Below are positions 28,184 through 38,587 of a DNA stretch of 64,000 nucleotides, in pieces. The DNA lies in contig CACCJO010000002.1 in NCBI GenBank assembly GCA_902546375.1, positions 20,995 to 84,994 on the forward strand, in the 5' to 3' direction. Below the pieces are notes generated by a model that saw only the letters and a list, made by a program, of their open reading frames with translations, did not search any database and was not told where the DNA came from. Positions within the stretch are counted from its first letter, which is position 1; each line of letters begins with the position of its first letter. This DNA comes from an uncultured Pelagibacteraceae bacterium (GTDB lineage Bacteria > Pseudomonadota > Alphaproteobacteria > Pelagibacterales > Pelagibacteraceae). The translations under genes were made by a program, and so were the position numbers.

Positions 28184-30265
28184 TCAAATTTTAATTTTTT
28201 CAGAGATCTTTAAAATAAATGCGTAGTCAAAAGCTATTTCTTCAATGGCACCATCTCTACCTGATTTCCCTCCGTGGCCTGCGTTCATTTCAGTTTTTAA
28301 CAAAAGCAAATTATTATCAGTTTTTAAATCTCTAAGTTTGGCTGTAAATTTTGCCGGTTCATCGAATAGCACTCTATTATCACTTAAGCTTGTAGTAATT
28401 AACATGTGAGGATAATCCATTTTTTTGATGTTGTTATATGGAGCATAAGAATAAATATAATCAAAATGATCTTTTTTATCTTTTGCATTTCCGAATTCAT
28501 CAAATTCTCCAACAGTAAGGGGCAAAGAATGATCCAAGTTAGTTGTTAATGAATCAACAAACGGCACAGCCATAACAATTCCAAGAAATAATTCTGGGGA
28601 TTGATTGACTACTGCTCCCATTAATAAACCACCAGCTGATCCACCCATACCAATAATTTTTCCTTTCGATGAATATCTTTTTTCAATCAAAAACTTTGCT
28701 ACATGTATATAATCTTCAAATGTATTTTTTTTATTAAGAAGCTTCCCTTCTTTCCACCATTTCATTCCTTTTTCCATTCCTCCTCTAATGTGTGCGGTTA
28801 CCCAAATAATATCTCTGTTAATTAAACTCAATTTAGTTGAGGAAAAATCTGGTGTCATTGAACTTCCATACGATCCATAGCCATACAAAAGTAAATTTGC
28901 TGAACCATCAATTTTTGTTTTTTTGTGCCTGGTAATTGTAAGTGGAACTAATCTTCCATCATGAGAAGGGCATTCTAGTCTTTCAACTATAAAGTCATCT
29001 GGATTATGACCAGATGGGATTTCTTGTTCTTTTACTAATTTTTTTTCTTTTGTTTTTAAATTGTATAAATAAGTTTTACCTGGTGTTTTCGGGGATGAAT
29101 ATGACAAGTAAACTGAGTCAGTATTTTTATTTCTTTGTATTAATGAAACACTAGGCACAATCACAGACTCGTCAGTAAATTTTAATTCTTCCTCAATTCC
29201 TGTTTGTTTATTTCTTACAAATAATTTTCCTAATGCATTTGATTTTTCTCCTCTGATAATCCAGTCATTTAAAAATATTAATCCTCCAATTAAAACCTCT
29301 TCTTTAGCAGCTATATAAATTTCCCACTTTTGATTTAATAAATCTTCACATCGTTCGATTTTGAAATCCTCTGCACCATCATTAGTATGACAATAAAAAT
29401 ATCTACCCCAAGAATTGACTGAATAAATTACACCCTTTTTTCTTTTTATAATTAATTTTGGCTTCGGATTTTTTTCTGTTACCTCAAAGAAGTATTGTTC
29501 GGAGGTATTATGGTCTGATGTTGTTATAAAAAAATATTTTTCATCTGAACTCAAACTTATGCCCACAGTAAATGCTTCACTTTTCTCTTCAAAAATAAGC
29601 TCATCATCTTTGACTGATGATCCAATTTTGTGTCTATATATTTTTCTTGGTCTATGGAATTCATCAAGTTTTGAATAAAAAAAATATTGATCGTCCAAAC
29701 TAAAAACAATACTTCCACTTGTTTCTTCTATTTTCTCAGTGACTAATTTTCCTGAGGTAATATTTCTTATGTAAATTGTATAATATTCAGATCCTTTTAA
29801 GTCTAAAGAATAACCTAAAAGTTTGTCATTATAACTTACCTCTAAATCACCTACACCGAAATATTCAGTTTTTAATTTTTCTTTTTCTACATCACCATTC
29901 CAAAATTCTTCAACAGTATCACTTCCAATTTTCTTTCTAAGTTTTATTGAATAATTTCCTACTGCAGTTGTTTTAGTCCAATATTCATATTCTTTGTCTT
30001 TAAATTTTAATGATTCATCATCTAACTTTATTCTACCTTTAATTTCATCAAATAAGATTTTCTGATACTTTTTTGTGTCTTTTAAATTATGTTCTGTAAA
30101 ATTATTTTCTTCTTCAAGATATTTCCTAACATCTGGAAGTAGCTTGGAGCTATCTTTTAAAACCTCAAGAATATTATCCTGATGGATCCAACTATAATTA
30201 TCTTCCCACGTGGTATTGTGACAAGATTTAAGCTCTGGTTTTTTTTTAAGTTGTGGTATTTTCAT
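28184..30265 (-). CDS. ptrB: Oligopeptidase B (S9A)
   Basis: YGYGSYG, AHIRGG, nucleophile GGSAGG, DNRV and AGHGG. Confidence 0.93.
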   Translation of the reverse strand: MKIPQLKKKPELKSCHNTTWEDNYSWIHQDNILEVLKDSSKLLPDVRKYLEEENNFTEHNLKDTKKYQKILFDEIKGRIKLDDESLKFKDKEYEYWTKTTAVGNYSIKLRKKIGSDTVEEFWNGDVEKEKLKTEYFGVGDLEVSYNDKLLGYSLDLKGSEYYTIYIRNITSGKLVTEKIEETSGSIVFSLDDQYFFYSKLDEFHRPRKIYRHKIGSSVKDDELIFEEKSEAFTVGISLSSDEKYFFITTSDHNTSEQYFFEVTEKNPKPKLIIKRKKGVIYSVNSWGRYFYCHTNDGAEDFKIERCEDLLNQKWEIYIAAKEEVLIGGLIFLNDWIIRGEKSNALGKLFVRNKQTGIEEELKFTDESVIVPSVSLIQRNKNTDSVYLSYSSPKTPGKTYLYNLKTKEKKLVKEQEIPSGHNPDDFIVERLECPSHDGRLVPLTITRHKKTKIDGSANLLLYGYGSYGSSMTPDFSSTKLSLINRDIIWVTAHIRGGMEKGMKWWKEGKLLNKKNTFEDYIHVAKFLIEKRYSSKGKIIGMGGSAGGLLMGAVVNQSPELFLGIVMAVPFVDSLTTNLDHSLPLTVGEFDEFGNAKDKKDHFDYIYSYAPYNNIKKMDYPHMLITTSLSDNRVLFDEPAKFTAKLRDLKTDNNLLLLKTEMNAGHGGKSGRDGAIEEIAFDYAFILKISEKIKI

Positions 30266-30279
30266 TAAATCAAAAATAT

Positions 30280-30783
30280 ATGAATATAATAATTTATACA
30301 GTGGTTATATTAGCCATTTTTTATTTTCTATTACGTTTAATAACCAACATTTCGTCTAGGAAAATTTCAAAAGGCTTAAGATTTTTAATCATATTGGGAT
30401 TAATTGCTTTAGCAGTCTTGTTTGCTATTGGTGGAAAATTTTTATTAACCTTACCTCTTACTTTGGCAAGTTTAGCTTTATTAAAATTAAAAGGTTTATC
30501 TATTTTCCAATTAATTTCTCTTTTTAGACTTATTCAAACATTAAGAAGATCTGGTCGCTTTTCTTTTAACCAAGCAGGCACCAATAACGTTTCGTCTATA
30601 TCAGTTTCAGAGGCATACAAAATTTTAAATTTAGATATGAATAAAAAAGTTACCAAAGAAGATGTTAATAAAGCATATATAAAAATCCAAAAAAAAATTC
30701 ATCCCGATATATCTCCTGAAACTTCAAGATTATCCTCAATTGTTAATGAGGCTAAAGATATTGTGCTAAACGATATTTCTTAA
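30280..30783 (+). CDS. Membrane-anchored protein with C-terminal J domain
   Basis: Hydrophobic N-terminal half, then EAYKILNL...AY....KKIHPD...VNEAKD. ATG 30280 avoids overlap with ptrB. Confidence 0.8.
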   Translation: MNIIIYTVVILAIFYFLLRLITNISSRKISKGLRFLIILGLIALAVLFAIGGKFLLTLPLTLASLALLKLKGLSIFQLISLFRLIQTLRRSGRFSFNQAGTNNVSSISVSEAYKILNLDMNKKVTKEDVNKAYIKIQKKIHPDISPETSRLSSIVNEAKDIVLNDIS

Positions 30784-31742
30784 GCAATAATCTCTAAAAA
30801 TCTCTCAAAAATTTTTTGCGGATCAATTTTATCTTTACCCAAAGTATTATGTGTGACTGTGCTTTCTCCTTCTGGAATTATTGGAAACATTTTTGAGCTA
30901 TAATTTCCATAGATTAAGGGAGTATCAGCCATTAAAGTAATCGTTTTAATACCTAAAGCTGAGGATAAATGACTAAAGCTCGAGTCATTACAAATGGATA
31001 CATTACAATTCTTAATTAATGGTAAAATTTCATTGATAGTAAAATTATCTAAACGAGTACAAAAATTCTTAAATTTAGATTGCAAAATTTCGTTTAATAT
31101 TTCCTGTTCTTCATTTGCCTTACCTGTTGCAAGAAAAAATCTGCAATTTTTCATATTTGATATTTTATCAATAACGCTTAAGAAAGTTTTTGCAGGGATT
31201 CTTTTTGTAGGTCCAGAACCACCTATGCCCAAGAGAATATTTGTAGTATTTTTATCTATTTGAAATTTTTTTGCTGCTTTAGAAATTGAATCACTGTCGA
31301 TTTGTACTTCAGGATCTTCATAAATGTCTAAATCTAAATTTTCTTTTAAAAATTTTTTAGGAGCCTCAATTATGTGTTGTTTGTTTTTTGTGAACAATGG
31401 ATATTGGTAAATTTGTGGAATACCTGATATTTTAGCAATTAAGTTAAATCTTAAAGATGAATTAAAAATAAAAATTTTATCGAACTTATATTTTTTTAAA
31501 TCGGCTGCTAATTTAAAAAAACCAGAAAAACCACTATGTCTATTATTCGTTTTATTATCTCTCTCTAGGATAAGAATTTTATCAATATATTTTGTTTGGT
31601 GTAAATATTGATTAGCTTTTGAATTTTCTTTTACCAATATATTTATTGGTGAATTAAATTTTTTGGATAAAGCCTTTATAAATGGTAAGAAAATTATGGT
31701 ATCTCCAATACCCATTCTGCTCTGAATTGCTAATATTTTCAT
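30780..31742 (-). CDS. Glycosyltransferase family 9 (LPS core heptosyltransferase-like)
   Basis: GIGDTI, GGSGPTKR and ICNDSSFSHLSSALG. Confidence 0.85.
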   Translation of the reverse strand: MKILAIQSRMGIGDTIIFLPFIKALSKKFNSPINILVKENSKANQYLHQTKYIDKILILERDNKTNNRHSGFSGFFKLAADLKKYKFDKIFIFNSSLRFNLIAKISGIPQIYQYPLFTKNKQHIIEAPKKFLKENLDLDIYEDPEVQIDSDSISKAAKKFQIDKNTTNILLGIGGSGPTKRIPAKTFLSVIDKISNMKNCRFFLATGKANEEQEILNEILQSKFKNFCTRLDNFTINEILPLIKNCNVSICNDSSFSHLSSALGIKTITLMADTPLIYGNYSSKMFPIIPEGESTVTHNTLGKDKIDPQKIFERFLEIIA

Positions 31743-31790
31743 ATAGTATTTATAAACTTTACTGAGTATATTTTTATATAAATTTTTATT

Positions 31791-32675
31791 ATGACAAAAA
31801 TAAGTGGAATTTTTGCTGCTTCGATGTCAGTGCTTAACAATGATTTAAGCCTGAACGTTGAAAAAACAATAATGCATGCTGAGAAACTTATCGATCAAGG
31901 CTGTCATGGCACGGTAATATTTGGCAGCACAGGTCAGTCTCAATTAATACCTATTTCAGAAAAAATTGACTTACTTAACAATCTCTCAAAAAGCAAATAT
32001 CAGAATAAACATATAATTGGCACAGGTCTAAACTCTTTAGGCGAAACAATAAATTTTATGAAGATAGCAATTTCATTGAGTCTAAATAAATTTTTAATCA
32101 TGCCTCCCGCTTATTATAGTTATGGTGATACAGAGGTTTTGGATTTCTATTCTAGAATAATTAATTCAGTGCCAGATTGTAAAATTATTCTTTATAATTT
32201 TGAAAAACTTAGTGGTTATAAATTTAGCTTGAAGTGTGTAGAGACACTTATTAATAAATTTCCAGAACAAATAGTTGGAGTAAAAGATAGCTCTTACAAT
32301 TTATACGAAAATTTAAAACTTAAAAATTTTTCAATTTTACCTGGTTCAGAAATTAAATTATTAAAAGGTTTGGAAATAGGATGTTCTGGTATAATAACTG
32401 CAACATGCAACGTTACAGCAGAATTATCTAGGCAAGTTTACGATGATTTTTTTGCAGGAAAAAAGCAGTTACATAATGATAAGTTATGTGATGTGAGAAA
32501 CACTTTTGATAGATATAATCTAATTTCAGGTTTGCATACTTATTGTTCTCAAAATGACAAAATATATAAAAATATTTTACCACCACTAAGTCTTTTAAAT
32601 CGAAATGATGAGGAAGAATTAATGAATAGATTGAAAGATTTAGAATTTTATAACAAATCAACCTTGGCGGCATAA
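31791..32675 (+). CDS. Dihydrodipicolinate synthase/N-acetylneuraminate lyase family aldolase
   Basis: FGSTGQ, MPPAYY, LYNF and Schiff-base Lys in GVKDSS. Substrate unclear. Confidence 0.85.
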   Translation: MTKISGIFAASMSVLNNDLSLNVEKTIMHAEKLIDQGCHGTVIFGSTGQSQLIPISEKIDLLNNLSKSKYQNKHIIGTGLNSLGETINFMKIAISLSLNKFLIMPPAYYSYGDTEVLDFYSRIINSVPDCKIILYNFEKLSGYKFSLKCVETLINKFPEQIVGVKDSSYNLYENLKLKNFSILPGSEIKLLKGLEIGCSGIITATCNVTAELSRQVYDDFFAGKKQLHNDKLCDVRNTFDRYNLISGLHTYCSQNDKIYKNILPPLSLLNRNDEEELMNRLKDLEFYNKSTLAA

Positions 32676-32676
32676 A

Positions 32677-33864
32677 ATGCAATTAGCAAGATTTCTTAAT
32701 AAAATTTTTAAAAAAGGTGGTTTTGTGTTAACTGATGCTAATTCTAAAGATTATATTATTGGAGAACCAGACAATAACCCTATTAAATTAAAAATTTTAA
32801 ATAAAAATCTTCATTATAAGTTGTTATTTCATCCTGATTTATATTTTGGTGAGGCATATACTAATGGTGAAATTATAATTGAAAATGGCACACTTACAGA
32901 TTTTTTAGATCTTGCCTTAATGAATTTTGGAAGGGGAGAATTAAACTTTTTTAGTTATTTAATAAATAGATTAAGGGGATCATATAGATATTTGACTAAC
33001 TTTAATTTTATTAAAAAATCCAAAATGAATGTATCTCACCATTATGATATCAAGGACGACTTGTATGACTTATTTTTAGATCCAAAAAGACAATATTCTT
33101 GTGCATATTTTAAAAATGAAAATGATAGTTTAGAAACAGCTCAAAATAATAAAATTCAACATATAATTAAAAAATTAAATATAAAACCTAACCAAAAAGT
33201 TTTAGATATTGGATGTGGCTGGGGTTCACTTGCCATTGATATAGCCAAAAGTGCTCAATGTGAAGTAACAGGTATTACTTTATCAGAGAACCAACTTAAT
33301 TATTGTGCCCAAAAAGCTAAAGAATTGAATTTAGAAAATCAAGTAAAGTTTAAACTAATGGATTATAGGGAATTAAATGAAAAATTTGACAGAATTGTAA
33401 GTGTTGGGATGTTCGAACATGTTGGAAGGAAATTTTATAAAAAATTTTTCAAACAAATCGAAAAAATGTTGAAAGAAGACGGGGTTTCACTGATACACAC
33501 TATTGGATCTGTAAATCCTCCAAGAGATCCTCATCCATGGATTACGAAATATATTTTTCCTGGTGGTTATACTCCAAGTTTGAGTGAAGTAACCAACCCT
33601 ATTGAAAAAGCTGGCTTAATAGTAACAGATATTGAGGTTTTAAGGCTTCATTACGCACACACGTTGAGACATTGGAAAGAAAATTGCTTAAAAAATAAAG
33701 ATAAAATTATTCAAATGTTTGATGAAAAATTTTTTAGAATGTGGGAGTTTTATCTTGCTGGTTGTGAAATGGCATTCAAGTGGGGAGATCAAGTTGTATA
33801 TCAATTTCAACTTACTAAAAATTATAGTTCAACACCTGTGACTAGAGACTATATTTATCAATAA
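32677..33864 (+). CDS. cfa: Cyclopropane-fatty-acyl-phospholipid synthase family methyltransferase
   Basis: HHYD, QYSCAYF, LDIGCGWG, SVGMFEHVG, KYIFPGG and RMWEFYL. Confidence 0.93.
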   Translation: MQLARFLNKIFKKGGFVLTDANSKDYIIGEPDNNPIKLKILNKNLHYKLLFHPDLYFGEAYTNGEIIIENGTLTDFLDLALMNFGRGELNFFSYLINRLRGSYRYLTNFNFIKKSKMNVSHHYDIKDDLYDLFLDPKRQYSCAYFKNENDSLETAQNNKIQHIIKKLNIKPNQKVLDIGCGWGSLAIDIAKSAQCEVTGITLSENQLNYCAQKAKELNLENQVKFKLMDYRELNEKFDRIVSVGMFEHVGRKFYKKFFKQIEKMLKEDGVSLIHTIGSVNPPRDPHPWITKYIFPGGYTPSLSEVTNPIEKAGLIVTDIEVLRLHYAHTLRHWKENCLKNKDKIIQMFDEKFFRMWEFYLAGCEMAFKWGDQVVYQFQLTKNYSSTPVTRDYIYQ

Positions 33865-33893
33865 ATTATTGATAGGGTCATTTCTTCTTAGAA

Positions 33894-35093
33894 ATGAAAA
33901 AAAAACAGAAAAAATCAAAAAAAAAGACAAAAATTAAAAAGAAAAATAAAGCTAAGAGAGCTAAAAGAAAAATAAATAAAATTAGAAAAAGCTCAAAAAA
34001 ACAAAGAAAAAATAAGTTAATTAAAAAAAAGAAAAAAAAGAAGTCTAAAAAACCAAAAAAAGTCAATTACCAAGCAAAAATAAAAAAAAAACAGAAAGAT
34101 AGCCTAGTCTTAAAACTAGTTAAGTTTCAATTATCTCTCAAACCACAATTTAATTTCAAATTTAATTTTGGTTTGGAAAAAAGTATTCAGAGTTTTTTTG
34201 ACAAGATTTCAGAGACAATTTCTAATTACAAGATATTAAAAACCGATGAAAAAAGAAGAATAAAAATAGAAAAAATTGAAAGGGAGAGAAAAGAAAAAAT
34301 CGAAGAAGCAGAGAAGAAAAAAGAACAAGAAAATTTAAGATTAAAGCTGAGGGAGCAAACGCTAAGAGAAGAGGAAAGATTAGAAAAACAGAGAACGAAA
34401 GATATAAAATTATTTTTAAGAAAAGAACAAGCGCTTTTAAGAATCGAACAAGCAGAAAAGCAAAAACAATTTTTAAAACAATTAAGATTAGATAAACAAA
34501 TTGAAAAATTCAGAATAAGAGAAGTTAAAGAACTAGAAAAACTTGAGAAAATTTCCCTAAAAGAAAAAAGAGAAGATTATTCTGGGCTACAAGAGAGAAT
34601 CGACAAACTTAAAGAAAAATACAGATTACTAAGAGATCAAAAAATCAAAGAAAGAGTTGAGGCACTAGGTGTTAAACTTCAAGGTGACGAAGACAGAGAA
34701 ACCTTATTAGAAAAAGAAAAAGAATATACATTAGCAAGACAAAAAGTTGAATTTGCACTTGAAAGTTTTTACAGAAGCGCAAGTAGTTTAGTATTTCAAC
34801 TCAATAAAAGACATATTACACGAGATATGTCTATTTTTCGATGTATAGATAGACGATTTGAAACTGGAGAAGTTTTTATTAAATGGGACGAGTCATCAGA
34901 TGATGAGTGGTTATTATTAATTTACATCAAAAATAACTCTCCAGATGAAGGAATTGTCATTGAAGATAAAACAAACCCTGAAAAAAATCTTTCCCATGAG
35001 TTTAGAAATGTAGACATCTTTAAAGCTTCAGACACCATGGTAGACTCTTTAACACAGCTTATTGCAAGGAAAAGAGCCAAAAATAATAATTAA
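33894..35093 (+). CDS. Hypothetical protein with Lys-rich N-terminus, E/K/R-rich helical middle and globular C-terminal domain
   Basis: 399-codon ORF filling the gap. No recognised family. Confidence 0.75.
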   Translation: MKKKQKKSKKKTKIKKKNKAKRAKRKINKIRKSSKKQRKNKLIKKKKKKKSKKPKKVNYQAKIKKKQKDSLVLKLVKFQLSLKPQFNFKFNFGLEKSIQSFFDKISETISNYKILKTDEKRRIKIEKIERERKEKIEEAEKKKEQENLRLKLREQTLREEERLEKQRTKDIKLFLRKEQALLRIEQAEKQKQFLKQLRLDKQIEKFRIREVKELEKLEKISLKEKREDYSGLQERIDKLKEKYRLLRDQKIKERVEALGVKLQGDEDRETLLEKEKEYTLARQKVEFALESFYRSASSLVFQLNKRHITRDMSIFRCIDRRFETGEVFIKWDESSDDEWLLLIYIKNNSPDEGIVIEDKTNPEKNLSHEFRNVDIFKASDTMVDSLTQLIARKRAKNNN

Positions 35094-35123
35094 ACATTTA
35101 TATTTAATTAGATATTATCTTAT

Positions 35124-35417
35124 ATGATTTTAGGATCTGCCTTTTTAATAATTTTATATTTAGTTTTCAGATACATTATTGCGTGGATCACATATTATAA
35201 TAATTTAGACCCAAGACTTGGTGAAAGTACGTGGCGATTTACTTATGATTATCCAGTAGTTGGTGAGAGAGACATTTCTGATCTGGATGATAAGGATTTT
35301 GTTAGATTAAGAAGAAAAAAAAATAAAATTATATTACTAATGTACTCAATAGTCTTAGTAATGTTTGTATCCTCCATGTCTTTATTAAGTAAATTTTTAT
35401 TATTTTTCACAAGTTAG
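35124..35417 (+). CDS. Hypothetical two-TM membrane protein
   Basis: Hydrophobic termini flank a polar loop. Fills the intergenic space. Confidence 0.6.
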   Translation: MILGSAFLIILYLVFRYIIAWITYYNNLDPRLGESTWRFTYDYPVVGERDISDLDDKDFVRLRRKKNKIILLMYSIVLVMFVSSMSLLSKFLLFFTS

Positions 35418-35763
35418 ATTTTTTTAGTTGCTTTTTATTTTTTAAGTAAAGAAAAAAGGCTACTATTTCATATACAACTGAAAATATATTAAAGATGATT
35501 GGTAATTTAAAAAATTTATAGAGAAATTTATATTTTGGCATTTTTTTCCATAATAATAAAAATGCCTCTGCACCTCCTAAAACTTTCTCACCATCTTTGA
35601 TATGAAGCCTTCTTAAAAGTTGTTTACTGTCTTTAGAAGTTTCCTTTTCAGCCAATTCATTATCTGTAATATCAACCCAATCGATTTCATCTATTTTTTC
35701 TTTTTTATAAAGATCAATTTCGGCCTTACAAATTTTACAAGAATTATTAAAATAAACTTTCAT
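35407..35763 (-). CDS. DCC/DUF393 family putative thiol-disulfide oxidoreductase
   Basis: NNSCKIC (xxxCxxC), LH, GAEAF..LW and Y...A patterns. Confidence 0.85.
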   Translation of the reverse strand: MKVYFNNSCKICKAEIDLYKKEKIDEIDWVDITDNELAEKETSKDSKQLLRRLHIKDGEKVLGGAEAFLLLWKKMPKYKFLYKFFKLPIIFNIFSVVYEIVAFFLYLKNKKQLKKSNL

Positions 35764-35857
35764 AATAAGTGAATTTATTACTAATTTGTCTCAGATATGT
35801 ACATGCGTAAAATACTCTAGTTGAAAATTTTATGAAACAATCTATTTAATGTCTCAT

Positions 35858-37270
35858 ATGAGTAATTTCTTCGAAAAATCTGACGTATCTAGAAAAGAGG
35901 CTGAAAGTATTATTTCTGACACTTTGCAAAAATGTGATGATGGCGAATTGTATCTGGAAAATTCAAAATCTGAGTCGATACTATTAGATGATAACAAAAT
36001 TAAAAATTCTAGTTATAATTCAGATTTAGGATTTGGTTTTAGAGCTATATCTGATGAAGTGGTCGCTTATTCTCATTCTAATGAGATTTCTAAGAACTCT
36101 TTAAAACAATCTTCAGAAAATTTAAAGTCAACTTTAAAATCTGTCAAAGGTACTTACAATCATGAAATTCCTAAATCAAATAAAAAGTATTATGACAATA
36201 TTAATCCTATTGAGCAAAAATCTCTTAATGAAAAAATAAAAATATTGAATGATGTAAATGATTATTTACGATCTAAAGGTGATAAGGTTAAACAAGTTAC
36301 AGCTAATTTTTTGGGAGAGCAAAAGTCTGTAGAAATAATTAGATCTGGTGGAGAGACTTTGTCAGATGTCCGTCCTTTAGTAAGATTTAATGTGTCAGTT
36401 ATGGTGGAGAAAGATGGCAGAAAAGAAACAGGCGTATACGGTGTTGGTGGAAGACAATCTTATGACTCATATTTAAAAGATGAAAATTGGAAAAGTGTTT
36501 GTGACGAAGCTTTAAGGATAGCATCAGTAAATTTAGAGAGTAAACCGGCGCCAGCAGGAGAGATGAAGGTTGTACTCGGACCTGGGTGGCCAGCAATATT
36601 AATTCATGAGGCTGTTGGTCATGGTTTAGAAGGAGATTTCAATAGAAAGAAAACTTCAGCATTTCATAATTTGATGGGCCAAAAAGTTGCAAGTGAAGGA
36701 GTTACAATTGTTGACGACGGTACCATTGATAATAGAAGAGGCAGTCTTACAATTGACGATGAGGGAACACCAACAGAAAAAACTGTTTTAATTGAAAATG
36801 GAATTTTAAAAAATTTTATGCAAGACAGGCTCAATGCACGTTTGATGAAAACAAGATCTACAGGTAGCGGAAGAAGAGAAAACTATAGACATATAGTTCT
36901 ACCAAGAATGAGAAATACGATGATGCTAAGCGGTAAGCAAACCCAAGAAGAAATGATTAAGGCAGTCGACAAAGGTATTTTTGCAGTAAGTTTTGGTGGT
37001 GGACAAGTTGATATTACATCTGGAAAATTTGTATTTAATTGCACTGAAGCTTATGAAATTGTTAATGGCAAAATTGGATCACCAATTAAGGGTGCAACAT
37101 TAATTGGAGACGGTCCTTCAATTTTAAAAGAAGTTTCTATGGTAGGCAATGATATGATGATGGACCCTGGAATTGGAACATGTGGTAAAGCTGGACAGGG
37201 TGTCCCCGTAGGTGTAGCACAGCCATCTATATTAATAAATAAGATGACTGTGGGTGGTACGAAACTTTAA
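35858..37270 (+). CDS. tldD: Metalloprotease TldD
   Basis: DDGELYLE, DVRPLVR, HEAVGHGLEGD, PRMRNT and GTCGKAGQGVPVG. An alternative start exists at 35849. Confidence 0.96.
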   Translation: MSNFFEKSDVSRKEAESIISDTLQKCDDGELYLENSKSESILLDDNKIKNSSYNSDLGFGFRAISDEVVAYSHSNEISKNSLKQSSENLKSTLKSVKGTYNHEIPKSNKKYYDNINPIEQKSLNEKIKILNDVNDYLRSKGDKVKQVTANFLGEQKSVEIIRSGGETLSDVRPLVRFNVSVMVEKDGRKETGVYGVGGRQSYDSYLKDENWKSVCDEALRIASVNLESKPAPAGEMKVVLGPGWPAILIHEAVGHGLEGDFNRKKTSAFHNLMGQKVASEGVTIVDDGTIDNRRGSLTIDDEGTPTEKTVLIENGILKNFMQDRLNARLMKTRSTGSGRRENYRHIVLPRMRNTMMLSGKQTQEEMIKAVDKGIFAVSFGGGQVDITSGKFVFNCTEAYEIVNGKIGSPIKGATLIGDGPSILKEVSMVGNDMMMDPGIGTCGKAGQGVPVGVAQPSILINKMTVGGTKL

Positions 37271-38587
37271 ATGGTTAAAGATCAAGAATTTTTAGAAACA
37301 AAAGCATCATATTGTTTAGGTTTAGCAAAGAAATTAGGTGCAACAGACTCAAGTGTGATTGTAAAGAACTCGATTTCTGAAACTGTAAATTTTAGAAATA
37401 AAAAATTAGATGAGTCTAATAGATCAGATGATCTAGGCTTAAGCATCACTACATATATTGGTAAAAAAAAATCATCAATATCTTCCTCTAATTTGCTTAA
37501 TGACAATTTAAATATTTTGATTGAAAAATGTATTGAGACTACAAAAAATACACCTGAGGATGAATTTAATTCTTTGCCAGACAGAGATTTATTTGCAAAA
37601 GAATCTAAAGACCTAAATCTTTATGATGAAACTCATATAGAAAATAATCAAAAAATAGATTATCTAAAAAAATTAGAAGCTGCAGCTTCCAACGATAAAA
37701 AAATTGTTAATACTGAGTCTAGTTTTACTCAAAATAAATCTAATTTTGTTTTAGCTAACAGCGAAGGTTTTTGTGATGGTTACAAAACATCTTCATTTAC
37801 AGCTTCAAGTGTAACAGTTGCAAAAGATGAAAAAAGCATGGAAAGAGATTATGAATACTCTAGTAAATGTTTTCTTAAAGACCTAGATGATGCAGATGAA
37901 TTAGGCAATTTAGCTGCTAATCAAACCATAAGAAAATTAAGTCCAAAAAAAATTGGGAGTGAGAAAATTGCTATAATTTTTGATAAAAGAATAGCTAAGG
38001 GAGTATTAAGTACTTTTGCAAGCGCTATTTCCTCATCAGCAATATCAAGAGGAACTTCTTTTTTAAAGGATAAAGTTAATCAAAAAATATTCTCAGATAA
38101 AATTAATGTATTTGACAAACCTGATATGCTCAAAGGATTAGGCTCAAGAAATTTTGATAGTGAAGGGGTAAAAACCGACACACTTAAATTGGTGGATCAA
38201 GGAATTTTGAAACATTATCTGATTGATACTTACAATGGAAAAAAATTAAATCTTAAATCTAATGGAAGATGTGGAGGAACAAGTAATCTTTATTTTGAGA
38301 ATGGAAATATTAATTTTAAAGATTTACTGAATTCACATTCAAAAAGTCTTTATATTACCGAAACCATAGGACATGGAAGTAATATTGTGACCGGAGATTA
38401 TTCAGTTGGAGCAACCGGGTTTTTAATTGAAAATGGTGAGTTTAAATATCCAATAAATGAAATTACTATAGCAGGTAATTTTAAAGACATGTTTCAAAAT
38501 ATTACCTTAGCAAATGATTTAGAGTTCAAATATGCAACTAACTCACCAACCATGTTAATAGAGGGAATGGTTGTTGCTGGTAAATGA
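37271..38587 (+). CDS. pmbA: TldE/PmbA family protein
   Basis: MERDY, SFL, FDSEG, TGDYSVGA.GF.IENG and EITIAGN. Abuts tldD. Confidence 0.93.
   Translation: MVKDQEFLETKASYCLGLAKKLGATDSSVIVKNSISETVNFRNKKLDESNRSDDLGLSITTYIGKKKSSISSSNLLNDNLNILIEKCIETTKNTPEDEFNSLPDRDLFAKESKDLNLYDETHIENNQKIDYLKKLEAAASNDKKIVNTESSFTQNKSNFVLANSEGFCDGYKTSSFTASSVTVAKDEKSMERDYEYSSKCFLKDLDDADELGNLAANQTIRKLSPKKIGSEKIAIIFDKRIAKGVLSTFASAISSSAISRGTSFLKDKVNQKIFSDKINVFDKPDMLKGLGSRNFDSEGVKTDTLKLVDQGILKHYLIDTYNGKKLNLKSNGRCGGTSNLYFENGNINFKDLLNSHSKSLYITETIGHGSNIVTGDYSVGATGFLIENGEFKYPINEITIAGNFKDMFQNITLANDLEFKYATNSPTMLIEGMVVAGK

Noticed and set aside
33878-34066. 62-aa poly-Phe minus-strand ORF resembling a membrane peptide
   Set aside because: Reverse complement of the AAA (Lys) codons of the 399-aa gene.
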